NCBI GenBank assembly: GCA_951406725.2
Contig: OX597833.1
Coordinates: 4,774,001-4,838,000, forward strand
Length of the DNA stretch: 64,000 nucleotides
From: Octopus vulgaris
Lineage: Eukaryota
Reading direction: 5' to 3'
The notes under the pieces are model-generated. The model made no database searches. It worked only from the letters and a program-made list of their open reading frames with translations, and had not been told where the DNA came from. Below, in pieces: positions 53,271-64,000 of the stretch. Both the position numbers and the translations under genes were made by a program. Numbering within the stretch: the stretch's first letter is position 1; each line of letters opens with the position of its first letter.

Positions 53271-53571
53271 CAGGGGTTCCCAACCTTATTTTGCATGTGG
53301 ATTCCCTGAGGGCTATCTTATCATCTGTGGACCCCATATAGGCACATGTAAATTTTTGAAATAAAATATTTGCAAGTAGGTTTGTAAAGACTAACAATGA
53401 AACAATTTTGTTATATTCATAACAGAAATCCCAAAATACAAATCTTGGAAACTTCAATAAATACAGGAACCTTTCCTACTAAACAAAATTTATATATGGA
53501 ACCCACATATTACAATTTTTTACTCATGGACCCCCTTAATAGCTTCTGTGGACCTCAGTTGGGAACCCTTG
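53271..53571. mobile_element. hAT-type MITE next to a mariner remnant (KLMMIPFFDSKGIIY)
   Basis: TIRs CAGGGGTTCCCAAC / GTTGGGAACCCTTG; degenerate 8-bp TSD ATCTACGT / ATCTGAAT. Confidence 0.75.
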
Positions 53572-53844
53572 ATCTGAATGAATTGATCTCAGTATTTATT
53601 TTTGAAGTGTTTGTCCCCGCCACCTGTTGTCAAGTGGTGGTGGTGGGGTGGGCAAACACAAACTCAAACACACACACATACATACAACAGGCTTCTTTCA
53701 GTTTCCACGTACCAAATCCATTTACAAGGCTTGGTCAGCCCAAGGCTACAGAAGAAGACACTTGCCCACGGTACCACGCAGTGGGATTGAACCTGGAACC
53801 AAGTGGTCAGGAAGCAAACTTCTAACCACACAGCCTTGTCTGTG

Positions 53845-53888
<44 letters not shown>

Positions 53889-54737
53889 TAGTAATAATAT
53901 TCTTTTCTACTCTAGGCACAAGGCCCAAAATTTTTGGGGAGGGGGCCAGTCAATTATATTGACCCCAGTGCGTAATTGGTACTTAATTTATCAACCCCAA
54001 AAGGATGAAAGGCAAAGTTGACGTCGGCGGAATTTGAACTCAGAACATAAAGACAAACGAAATACCACTAAGCATTTCACCTGGCGTGCTAACGGTTCTG
54101 CCAGCTCACTGCCTTTATAAGTAGTAATTAATTTAAAAAAGTGTGCCTTCTCTGTCCTGGGCCCTGGTGACCCCCATTACATTGTAGAATCTGGATACAC
54201 CTCTTAACTTTCAGGTAAACTTCAGTGTTAATTATAGCTGATAATGTGTCTGCATAGATCAATAGTTCTCACCCAATTTGACCTTGAAGAACATTGGAAA
54301 TCAAACCAAAAAATTATTGGTGCATTTTGCATAGAAAGACTAAAAAAAAAAAATCTATTTTAAAAATTTAAAACTAAAAAAAATACCAAAAATCTATTGC
54401 TTACCTTGTTTAATTAGTAACACCTGTATATAATAAAATTATGGTAATGGTTTTTTTTTTAAAGCTTAACCCTTTAGCATTCAGATTAATCTGTCAAACG
54501 CAATGCTTATTTATCCATGCTGTTTGAATTAATCATGGATCATCTTGGTAGATTCCAGATTTTGATGGAGTGGTCTTTTACTTTTAGAATGACATTGTAG
54601 GGTAGATGTGAGAGGCATGATCTGGTCAGTTTCAATGTAAAAGCAGGTAGAATATTTGAGTTGGATATTGCTGGTTTAAATGCTAAAGGGTTCAGCATTA
54701 AATAAGGGTTTTTCGATACCTTAAAGGCCTTAAATAT

Positions 54738-54992
54738 AAAATACTGAAAATGGAAAGCCTCATACAATGTGAAAAGGAAAAAATTTAATAACCTTTATAT
54801 TTCAGGCACAACAGCCCGTCATCGGGAACAAATGAATTAAAGAAATGTGAGTCTACATAGTAAATTAGCCATGTTTGGTCAATACTCTATAGACTCGGCA
54901 CTTCTGATGACAAGACTTTGTGCCTGAAATATATAAAGGATATTAAACTTTTCCTTCTTGTATTGTGAGATGCTCTCCATCTTCATTATTTT
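54738..54992. mobile_element. Degenerate inverted repeat with hammerhead-like cores (PLE-like)
   Basis: CTGATGA..GTGCCTGAAATATA (+, ~54904-54933) and CCGATGACGGGC..GCCTGAAATATA (-, ~54796-54825). Confidence 0.5.
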
Positions 54993-57687
54993 GCTATTTT
55001 ACTTCCGTATCACAATGGTTCAAGCAAGCTGCAGTTCTCTTTTTGAATATATCTAAAAGTGCATGGTGCACCACAGCACTCTGGTGTACATGTATGTGAG
55101 CCACTGGCATAAATGTTCACCTGCCAACAAGATATATACCCTGTATGATACCCTAGTCATACCCTCCAATCATTCCTCAGACACAGTTGTCTAATTACTC
55201 CAAGCTGGCATCAACAAAGAGACAATCTAGCAACCTGATAATTCTAGGCAAACAGACATAAAGTGGCACCGACCAAAACCCACTGTGCCCCGCCTTACCA
55301 GTGCTAACAGAGAACATCAAAGACAACCGATTCTTGCATTAAACAACATGGAACATAAACACAAAATTTCAAAATAATAATGTATTAGGAATTAGATGCA
55401 ACATTTTTACAACATTAACAGAACATGTGGTTACAACATTAACATAACATGTGGTAAGGAAAGTAAAACAATACATGAACATACTTTGAACACTTGCAGG
55501 AACCGTATTTGGTCAAATTCCAAAGAATCAACAACAATGTTATACAAACAAACATATTAAATCCATTATGAAAAGGCACCTGTGCTGGTTCCACGTAAAA
55601 AGCACCCAAGTGCCACTCTGTAAAGTGGTTGGCGTTAGGAAGGGCATCCAACTGTAGAAACCATGCCAAAAGGGATAACTGGAGCCGGGTAGACCTCTTT
55701 GGCTTGTTAGTTCTTCTGTCAAACTGTCCAACCCATGCCAGCATGGTAAACAGACATTAAATGATGATGATGATGATTATGTTGGTCCTGCTTGGGTTAC
55801 GTTTTGTGAGGGTCACAGTTTGATGCCACAGCAAGGTCCGAGCTTCCCAATCTCAGTCACAGCATGCACGCTGACCACCACACCACACACATCTGCAACA
55901 CCCCAAGACTCTTACCAAAAACGCCTCCCTCAGACCATTCTCCTCCCCCATCAGATCTTACCCACGCATAAACTGCTGCAGTAACATCAATAACTGTCAC
56001 AACTGTGACGTGCACGACCACTGCCAAATGCCTCTGTAACATTTCCTGTAACATCAAAATCAAAAATCAAATCATAATCAAATTGTAGTTGTGGCCATGC
56101 CAGTGCTGTCTGACTGGCTCCTGTGCTGGTGGAACGCAATAAGCACCATTCATGCATGGGTTGTTATCAGTGCCACCTGACTGTTTCCCTATTGCGGAGG
56201 CATGTAAAAAGCACCATCCAAGCATGGTCAATGCAAGCCTGCCTGCCCAACTGGCTCCTGTGCTGGTAGCATGTAAAAAGCACCATCCAAACGTAGCCGA
56301 TGCCAGTGCCACCTAATTGGCCCCTGTGCTGGTGGTACGTAAAAAGCATCCACTACACTCTTGGAGTGGTTGGCATTAGGAAGGGCATCCAACTGTAGAA
56401 ACATTGCTAGATCAGATTGGAGCCTGGTGCGGCCTCCTGGCTTGCCAGACCCTGGTCGAACCATCCAACCCATGCTAGCATGGAAAATGGACATTAAACG
56501 ATGATGACGATCCCAGGAAATTCCTGCAGCTTCTTTCCCAGTTCACCCTGTCTCTTCAACCAGATCCCAATCACACATAAATAACCGCAGTAACATTGGT
56601 AACCTTCGCAACTACCAATGATAAGTGGAAACGTACAGTAATGGCCGGCAGTAAACAAGCAACAGAAGTATTAGAGTGTTGGTTAGAATGGCTTGCAGTA
56701 GTTGTCCAAACCGTCTGCATGCGAGTTCAAATCCTGGCAAGGTTGATTCTTGCCTTTTATCTTCTCTGGGTCACAAAAAAAAAAAATGTCATGCTAGAAT
56801 GTGTCGTATGGTTAGCAAGTAGGACCTGACATTATGTAACTGGGAAGAGGGACTTAGGGGTCATGTCTTGTCATTCGACTGACAACTCTGAGTGTCATTG
56901 GATTCAGGACTTTTCAATTAGGGGCCAATGTGGAGTCTATGACAACCACTGCCACACTGTTACCCATACCACCATATCATTGTGACACCAACACATACTA
57001 TGACTGTTTACTATACTGTGGCATTAACATACTATATATATAACGGTTATCCATCAAAACACTATTACAACCACATATACCACCACGGTACTATATCACA
57101 AACACATAGCACCAGCATTCATGACCACCTCAGCACTACAACACCAACACATACCACTCACCGGTTGACATAAATTAACTCAAGACTCAATTTTGGAAAC
57201 ATGCAGTTAATGATAATTAATGATAAAATGTGATAATTAAGGGTTGTATATATATGACGAAAGGAGGGAGGGGATGAGGTGGAAGTAATAACGAGAGGGG
57301 GAGTGAGACGGGAGGGGAAGGCGGGAGGGAGGGTGAAGGGTACATGAAAAGCTGTTGGGGTTGGATTGCAAGCTGGGTGGGGGGGTGGAAAAAAAAATGG
57401 AAAAGAGCGTGGGGAATAGCAAATGTTTATTAATTATTATGAGGTTAACGAGGGGGGCAACTGCAATGGAAATACATTTGAAATGGTGATGAGCAAGTGA
57501 GGATGAGGAGGAGGAGGAGGAGACATGCTGCGGAGATTTATGAGCAACGGAGAGAAAATAATATTAAAGGGCCATGGATAATATTTCAAAGAAAAAAAAG
57601 TGAAAAAAAGTAAAGAAAAATTATAAAAAAAAAAGAACAGAAAAAAAGTAAAGGAGCTTGTTTCGTTCTGAAAGCCGTTTCACTCAC

Positions 57688-57707
57688 CAAATCGGGATTA
57701 GAATAAC
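57688..57707 (-). other. Candidate 20-nt micro-exon
   Basis: ACTTCTCTTTCTGCAG|GTTATTCTAATCCCGATTTG|GTGAGT with a CTCAC branch-like motif upstream. Confidence 0.5.
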
Positions 57708-59081
57708 CTGCAGAAAGAGAAGTTTGTGATGGGTGTGAGCTGGCATAGGGTGAAGCAAAGTGAACAGGTAGATGAAAGATAGAAACCTCCACAGGTGGCA
57801 AGACAGGGTTTGGCTAATCTGTCCCCTCGCTGAGGTGTTAGGTCCTTTTCCTTTCATTGAAATAAAAAAAACACACACATAAAAGAAGTTTGTTGGGTAA
57901 ACTTAGCTGGAAAAAAAAAACATATAAAAAGATATGTTTGTGTTCTGTGAGAGAGAGAGAGAGAGAGAGAGACAGATGTGTTATGTAAATGTTGTTGATG
58001 TTATTGTTGTTTAGACCAGTCCCACAGCTTATGTAATACAGGAAGTGATTGCAATTACATTTTAATGTAGGGTCCAAACATACACATCGCCACTAGTATT
58101 TTGATCTCTTCCCCATTCTGTCCTCATTCCTAAAATGTGAGTAGCCATGTAGCCCTTCTACAACAACAAAAAACCCTGTTCTGCTCTGGTCCCTTTTTTT
58201 TTATAGTTTAGCCCCTGATCTCCTTAGCATAAAGCTACCCTTCTCAGAGTTTGTAGTCTTGCAACCATGGTCAAGGCAGACGAAGACTTATTTCACAGAG
58301 ATGTGAAGTGACCGGAACACAGCATGGTGGATTGCTCAGAATAGCCCTGAGCAGATACCAACAAATGGGGGATGCAGGAACATGCAGCAATGGTGCATGA
58401 CCTTTGCCCTCAACCTCATACCTGACGTGACCTAAGGCGGCGAGCTGGCAGAAACGTTAGCACGCCGGGCAAAATGCTTAGCGGCATTTCATCTGTCACT
58501 ACGTTCTGAGTTCAAATTCCGCCGAGGTCGACTTTGCCTTTTATCCTTTCGGGGTCGATAAATTAAGTACCAGTTACGCACTGGGTTTCGATGTAATCAA
58601 CTTAACCCCTTTGTTTGTCCCCTCTGTATTTAGCCTCCTGTGGGCAATAAAGATATAAGGTGGTGCAGTGATGGAACTGTAAGAATGGCAGGCCAGAGGT
58701 TTTGCAGTATTTGTTGTGAATCTTATGTTTTGAGTTCAAATCCCAAAAAGGTTAGCTTTGCTTTTTCATTCTTTCAAGGTTGATAAAAAAAACGTACCAT
58801 TCCAAAGTGGTGGATTAACGAAACTCTAAGAATGTCAGGCCAGATGCTTTGCAGTGTGTGTTACAACACTGTATTCCAAGTTCAAATCCTACCATGGCCT
58901 CCACGGGTGACAGACTTAATCCATCATCAGGTTTAACACAATCACCTGATCACCTTGTGGGTATTTTTAATAGACTTCAAACTATTCCAAATATTTGGGG
59001 TCAGCTCTCTCGTCTGAGGTTATCTTATTCCCTCCCTCCCCAGGTGCTGTAAAGGGTCCACCTCACTGCCTGTCTATAGTA

Positions 59082-59380
59082 CAGGGTGTTCAAAAAGTCT
59101 CTCCACAGAAAGTATTTTATTGCAAAATAAATATTTAGAAGATGGTATAAGACTACAAAAGAATATATTAGTCTTTACGAGACTTTAAAAAACTTTATAG
59201 GAGGTGATGAAAGTGTCATCCTTCGTTTTCAATACATAAGTTGACTCTTCTACACTGCCAGAGCCTCGTGGAGCTTTAGGTGTTTTCGCTCAATAAACAC
59301 ACACAACGCCCGGTCTGGGAATCGAAACCACGATCCTCTGATCATGAGTCCACTGCCCTAACTACTGGGCCATTGCGCCT

Positions 59381-59419
<39 letters not shown>

Positions 59420-59611
59420 CACATACATATCTATAGATATACGCATATAATACCTCTATCTATCTATAACTATATTTATATGTGTGTGTATGTGTGTGTG
59501 TGCAAGCACAATTGGTTGGCCTTGGGCTGTAGTAGAAGATACCAGTCCAAGGTACTCTTGGAGAGTCAGGATGAAAAAAATTCACTGCGGAGGGACTTTT
59601 TGAACACCCTA
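59082..59611. mobile_element. Tc1-type MITE with ~27-bp TIRs carrying a family D SINE head
   Basis: TA|CAGGGTGTTCAAAAAGTCTCTCCACAG ... CTGCGGAGGGACTTTTTGAACACCCTA|TA. Confidence 0.8.
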
Positions 59612-60982
59612 TATATATAAAAAAAAAGGGGAAAATAATCCCATTAAGTCTGTGGTGACCTAATGTTGATTGTTGTCATCCTTTTAGTCTCGGGAGACAA
59701 TGGAGTTGCGCATAGAATAATCTAGTCCGGCTTTTACATCTCGTGTCCTAATACATCTCCTGCTGCGGCTGTGTAGTCCTATCCTGGACAAACACCCCCT
59801 CTGGCAGGTGCCGCAAATGTAGGAGATTAACCCCCTGTAAACGGGGTTTTTGTTGCACCAACATGTGATGTACAGCTGTGGCTGTCATCCCAGTGCCACG
59901 TTGTGGACGGTGAGGTGGTTGAAGCAGTTAGTTCAGCAATGAAAAGCAGCGTGTAGAAGAAGAACGGAAAAACTTGCAATGGTTTATACGCAGCAGCAGA
60001 CGTAGAATGCATTATGCGGTGGAACCAGCCGCTGTAAAGTTGCAACGCTTGTTGTTAATGAAAGAATGATGCGGAAAAATTCAGCAACACCATGCCACAA
60101 ATGAAATTAGTGAAGCTTTTTAATCAGCGAAAGCTGCTCAAAATGGCTAAAACAAGCTCAACATGAAGAATATGGCAGCTGCAAGAAAGAACTGAAGTTA
60201 CACAAAAAATGGTGTTAAGGAGGAGAGAGAGAGCAGGGCATAAGCATCTGTAGAATACTCATGGAAACATGATTGAAGATGTTGATCTAAAAGGGCGAAA
60301 AAAAAAACAGCGAAAAACCACACAAATACACCAAAAAAAAAAGAATGTTTTTGAGGAAGGAGTAAATATTTGGGTTTCGTTGCCTTTCAACCTCCGGTTC
60401 TGATTCAAAAAATGACATAAGATGAGGCTCAGGTTAGGGATTGAACTTGTAGATTTATGGTCAAAGGAGTTTCTGTAGCGACCGTATTGGGTGGTAGATA
60501 GAAATGGATTGCAAGGTAGCCTTCTTTTGTAAGACATTCACAGTGTAATTTGAGGGAGATTTGGCTGCTATATTACTTACTGTCATGATGGGTGATCGCA
60601 TAGAAATGCCTACTTTGCTTTGTATATCCAGGATAGAAATTGTAGTTGTGATACCTGTGTCGGTGGCATGTAAAAAGAACCATCCGAACGTGGCTGATGC
60701 CAGCGCCGCCTTGACTGGCTTCTGTGCCGGTTGCACGTAAAAAGCACCAACTGATCATGGCCGCTACCAGCTTCCCTTGGCACCTGTGCCGGTGGCACGT
60801 AAAAAGCACCCACTACACTCACGGAGTGGTTGGCGTTAGGAAGGGCATCCAGCTGTAGAAACACTGCCAGATCAGACTGGAGCCTGGTGCAGCCTTCTGG
60901 CTTCCCAGACCCTGGTCGAACCGTCCAACCCGTGCCAGCATGGAAAACAGACGTTAAACGATGATGATGATGATGATATATA

Positions 60983-61385
60983 CAGGAGTGGCTGTGTGGT
61001 AAGTAGCTTGCTTACCAACCACATGGTTCCGGGTTCAGTCCCACTGCGTGGCACCTTGGGCAAGTGTCTTCTACTATAGCCTCGGGCTGACCAAAGCCTT
61101 GTGAGTGGATTTGGTAGACGGAAACTGAAAGAAGCCTGTCGTATATATGTATATATATATGTGTGTGTGTGTGTTTGTGTGTCTGTGTTTGTCCCCCTAG
61201 CATCGCTTGACAACCGATGCTTGTGTGTTTATGTCCCCGTCACTTAGCGGTTCGGCAAAAAGAGACCGATAGAATAAGCACTGGGCTTACAAAGAATAAG
61301 TCCCGGGGTCGAGTTGCTCGATTAAAGGCGGTGCTCCAGCATGGCCGCAGCCAAATGACTGAAACAAGTAAAAGAGTAAAAGAGT
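60983..61385 (+). mobile_element. SINE family A (well-preserved copy)
   Basis: Full head, body and tail. Confidence 0.9.
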
Positions 61386-62879
61386 ATATAAATATATATA
61401 AAACAGTAACTAAAACATTCACTGATGTTGCAAATAACCACTTGGCTGAATAAAAATTCGCTATTTGCAACACCAGTGAATGCTTTACTGACTGTTTCCT
61501 CTATTGGGGACAATGAATTCTCATCTAAGCATGTGACTGCCTGCGAGCACACAGCACTGAAGAGGCCCAAGCAAGCTGAAATGCATCTGGTGTTCTTGCT
61601 GGCTGCTGCTGGGATGATCTTTGTCTCCTTCTCGTATTTGCTATGTTCTTAATGCAGCACATTCATAAGACATGTTATCTCAGGACAAATACCATGGTAA
61701 CTGGCCTATCAATGGTGTATATACATATTATAAACACACACATTTTGTCTGTGTGTGTGTGTAGATGTTTGACCAAGTGGTTAGGCAACTGGGATCTTGA
61801 TCATAAGATTGTATGTTCAAATCCTGGTGCAGGAAGTGTGTTGTGTTCTTGGACAAGACACTTTACTTCATATTTTGGTCCAAAGCTACATCCTCAACAA
61901 CTCTCACTCCTCTTACAAGATGGAAAGTTCTGATTTGAGGGAGATTTAACTGCTATTTTTGGGGAGACTGTGTGACTGCATAGAGGCTTCCTTGTCAGGT
62001 TGGTTAGGTAACTTCATATACTTACCAACTGCTGGCTTTTGGTCGGAGATCATCAAGGATGGCCTCAATCACTTCGCTGGTGGACGAGGTCCCGCCAACG
62101 TCCGGTGTGTGGATCTGAAATCAAGGAGACAGCGATATTGGTAAAGGAATGAAGGCCCTTAATTCTCATCAACAGGTGGACAAACTGCAACTGGGTGGTA
62201 GGAATCCCAATATGTATTGATAAGAGAATGAAAGCCTTTAACTCACATCTACAGGTAGGTAGAAAATAACTGAGTGTGTGGAAATCACAATACAAACGTG
62301 GCTGATGCCAGCGCCGCCCAGACTGGCTTCTGTGCTGGTGGCACATAAAAAGCACCATCCGAACGTGGCCGTTGCCAGCGCCGCCTTGGCTGGCTTCCGT
62401 GCCGGTGGCACGTTAAAAGCTCCAACCAATCGTGGCCGATGCCGGACACCCCTGGCACCTGTGCAGGTGGCACGTAAAAAGCACCCACTACACTCGCGGA
62501 GTGGTTGGTGTTAGGAAGGGCATCCAGCTGTAGAAACTCTGCCAGATCAGACTGGAGCCTGGTGCAGCCCCTGGCTTCCCAGACCCCGGTCGAACCGTCC
62601 AACCCGTGCTAGCGCGGAAAACGGACGTTAAACGATGATGATGATGATGATGATGATAGTGGTGAGGGAATGAAGGCCCTTAATTCCCATCTACAGGTAG
62701 ACAGACTGTAGTAGTGTGTGGAACAGATACTGACCCACATCACATTTAATACGATGCTCTAGTCACCTTCACTCGTTAACCTTTAACAGTGGAAAACAGT
62801 ATATTTACCATTCCATCTTTTGGTGAGGAATGCCATGTTTGGAACTATTTTCTGTTGAGACTAATTTTATGGAAGCAAT

Positions 62880-63266
62880 GGATGGAAGCACTCCGTCAGT
62901 TACGACGACAAGGGTTCCGGTTGATCCGATCAACGGAACAGCCTGCTCGTGAAATTAACGTGTAAGTGGTTGAGCACTCCACAGACACGTGTACCCTTAA
63001 CGTAGTTCTCGGGGATATTCAGCGTGACACAGAGAGTGACAAGGCCGGCCCTTGAAATACAGGTACAACAGAAACAGGAAGTAAGAGTGAGAGAAAGTTG
63101 TGGTGAAAGAGTACAGCAGGGATCACCACCATCCCCTGCCGGAGCCTCGTGGAGCTTTTAGGTGTTTTCGCTCAATAAACACTCACAACGCCCGGTCTGG
63201 GAATCGAAACCGCGATCCTATGACCGCGAGTCCGCTGCCCTAACCACTGGGCCATTGCGCCTCCAC
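62880..63266 (-). mobile_element. tRNA-derived SINE family D with 13-bp TSD
   Basis: Head GGCGCAATGGCCCAGTGGTTAGG..GGTTTCGATTCCC; TSD TTATGGAAGCAAT at 62867-62879 and 63267-63279. Confidence 0.9.
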
Positions 63267-63317
63267 TTATGGAAGCAATATAACTTGCAGAAAACAAGTT
63301 TATTTTTTGGTAAATTA

Positions 63318-64000
63318 TTAACCCTTTCGGTACCGTATTCCTGTTGAGATGCTCTGCGCTTCTTTCAATTACTTCAGATATAACAAAGAATTTAGTAAAA
63401 TAACTTTGTTATTATTAAGCTAGTGTTAGGAACATAAATTGTGACTAAGGTTTGGTGGAAGATTTTAATTCAAAACTTATGAAATCAAGGCATTTGTACT
63501 CAGAGCCAGAGGTGGTTTCAGCCAGGTTGGTATCAAAAGGGTTAAGAATTGTTTCTCTATTATTTATATTTTAACCCTTTTATTACCATATTTCTGTTGA
63601 GATGCCCTGTGTTTCTTTCAATTAATTTTAAATATAACAAAGAATTTAGTAAAATAACTTTGTTATAATTAAGCTAGTGTTAGGAACATAAATTGTGACT
63701 AAGGTTTGGTGGAAGATTTTACTCAAAACTTATGAATACAAGACATTTGTACTACAGAGCCAGAGCTGGTTTCAGCCAGGTTGGTATCAAAAGGGTTAAG
63801 AATTGTTTCTCTATTATATATATTTTAACCCTTTCGTTACCGTATTTCTGTTGAGATGCTCTGTGTTTCTTTCAATTACTTTAAATATAACAAAGAATTT
63901 AGTAATTCAGCTAGTGTTAGGAACATAAATTGTGACTAAGGTTTGGTGGAAGATTTTAATTCAGAACTTATGCAAACAAGACATTTGTACTCAGAGTCAG
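63318..64000. repeat. Tandem array (~254-bp period) of a TTAA-flanked piggyBac-like MITE; solo copy at 41235-41462
   Basis: TTAACCC...GGGTTAA units starting at 63318, 63571 and 63825 with a shared spacer. Confidence 0.85.

Noticed and set aside
59827-60260. Non-repetitive-looking stretch with a 72-aa ORF
   Set aside because: No recognisable domain or splice framework; may be old transposon sequence
63190-63266. tRNA-like sequences at SINE heads (also 60983-61050, 59305-59382)
   Set aside because: They continue into SINE bodies and tails and lack a full cloverleaf

Overview
AT-rich, microsatellite- and retroposon-dense animal genomic DNA. The SINE families look like octopus families (recalled, not searched). 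Two protein-coding genes are supported, both on the minus strand. (1) The first coding exon of a WASP/N-WASP orthologue (8239-8346) with a CpG/ETS-motif promoter; the rest of the gene probably lies left of the window. (2) A complete three-coding-exon gene (25718->19861, 373 aa) for a secreted protein: signal peptide, EF-hand pair, FxxAPW motif, then about 20 acidic LEDSSESQ-type octapeptide repeats rich in S-x-E sites. It is a candidate Ca-binding or biomineralisation phosphoprotein. Further orphan minus-strand exon candidates lie at 29416-29475, 43355-43550, 50057-50282 and 57688-57707 (a 20-nt micro-exon). The rest is transposon debris: at least four SINE-like families, CR1, RTE and R4/Dong-like LINE 3' ends, a Ty3/gypsy pol remnant, Tc1/mariner, hAT, piggyBac-like and Helitron pieces, Penelope-like inverted repeats with minimal hammerhead ribozyme cores, foldback palindromes, and an intron-containing tRNA-Lys pseudogene. 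No CRISPR or prokaryotic system is present. Most ORFs in the supplied track are microsatellite or SINE artefacts. Repeat boundaries are approximate unless a TSD or TIR is cited.
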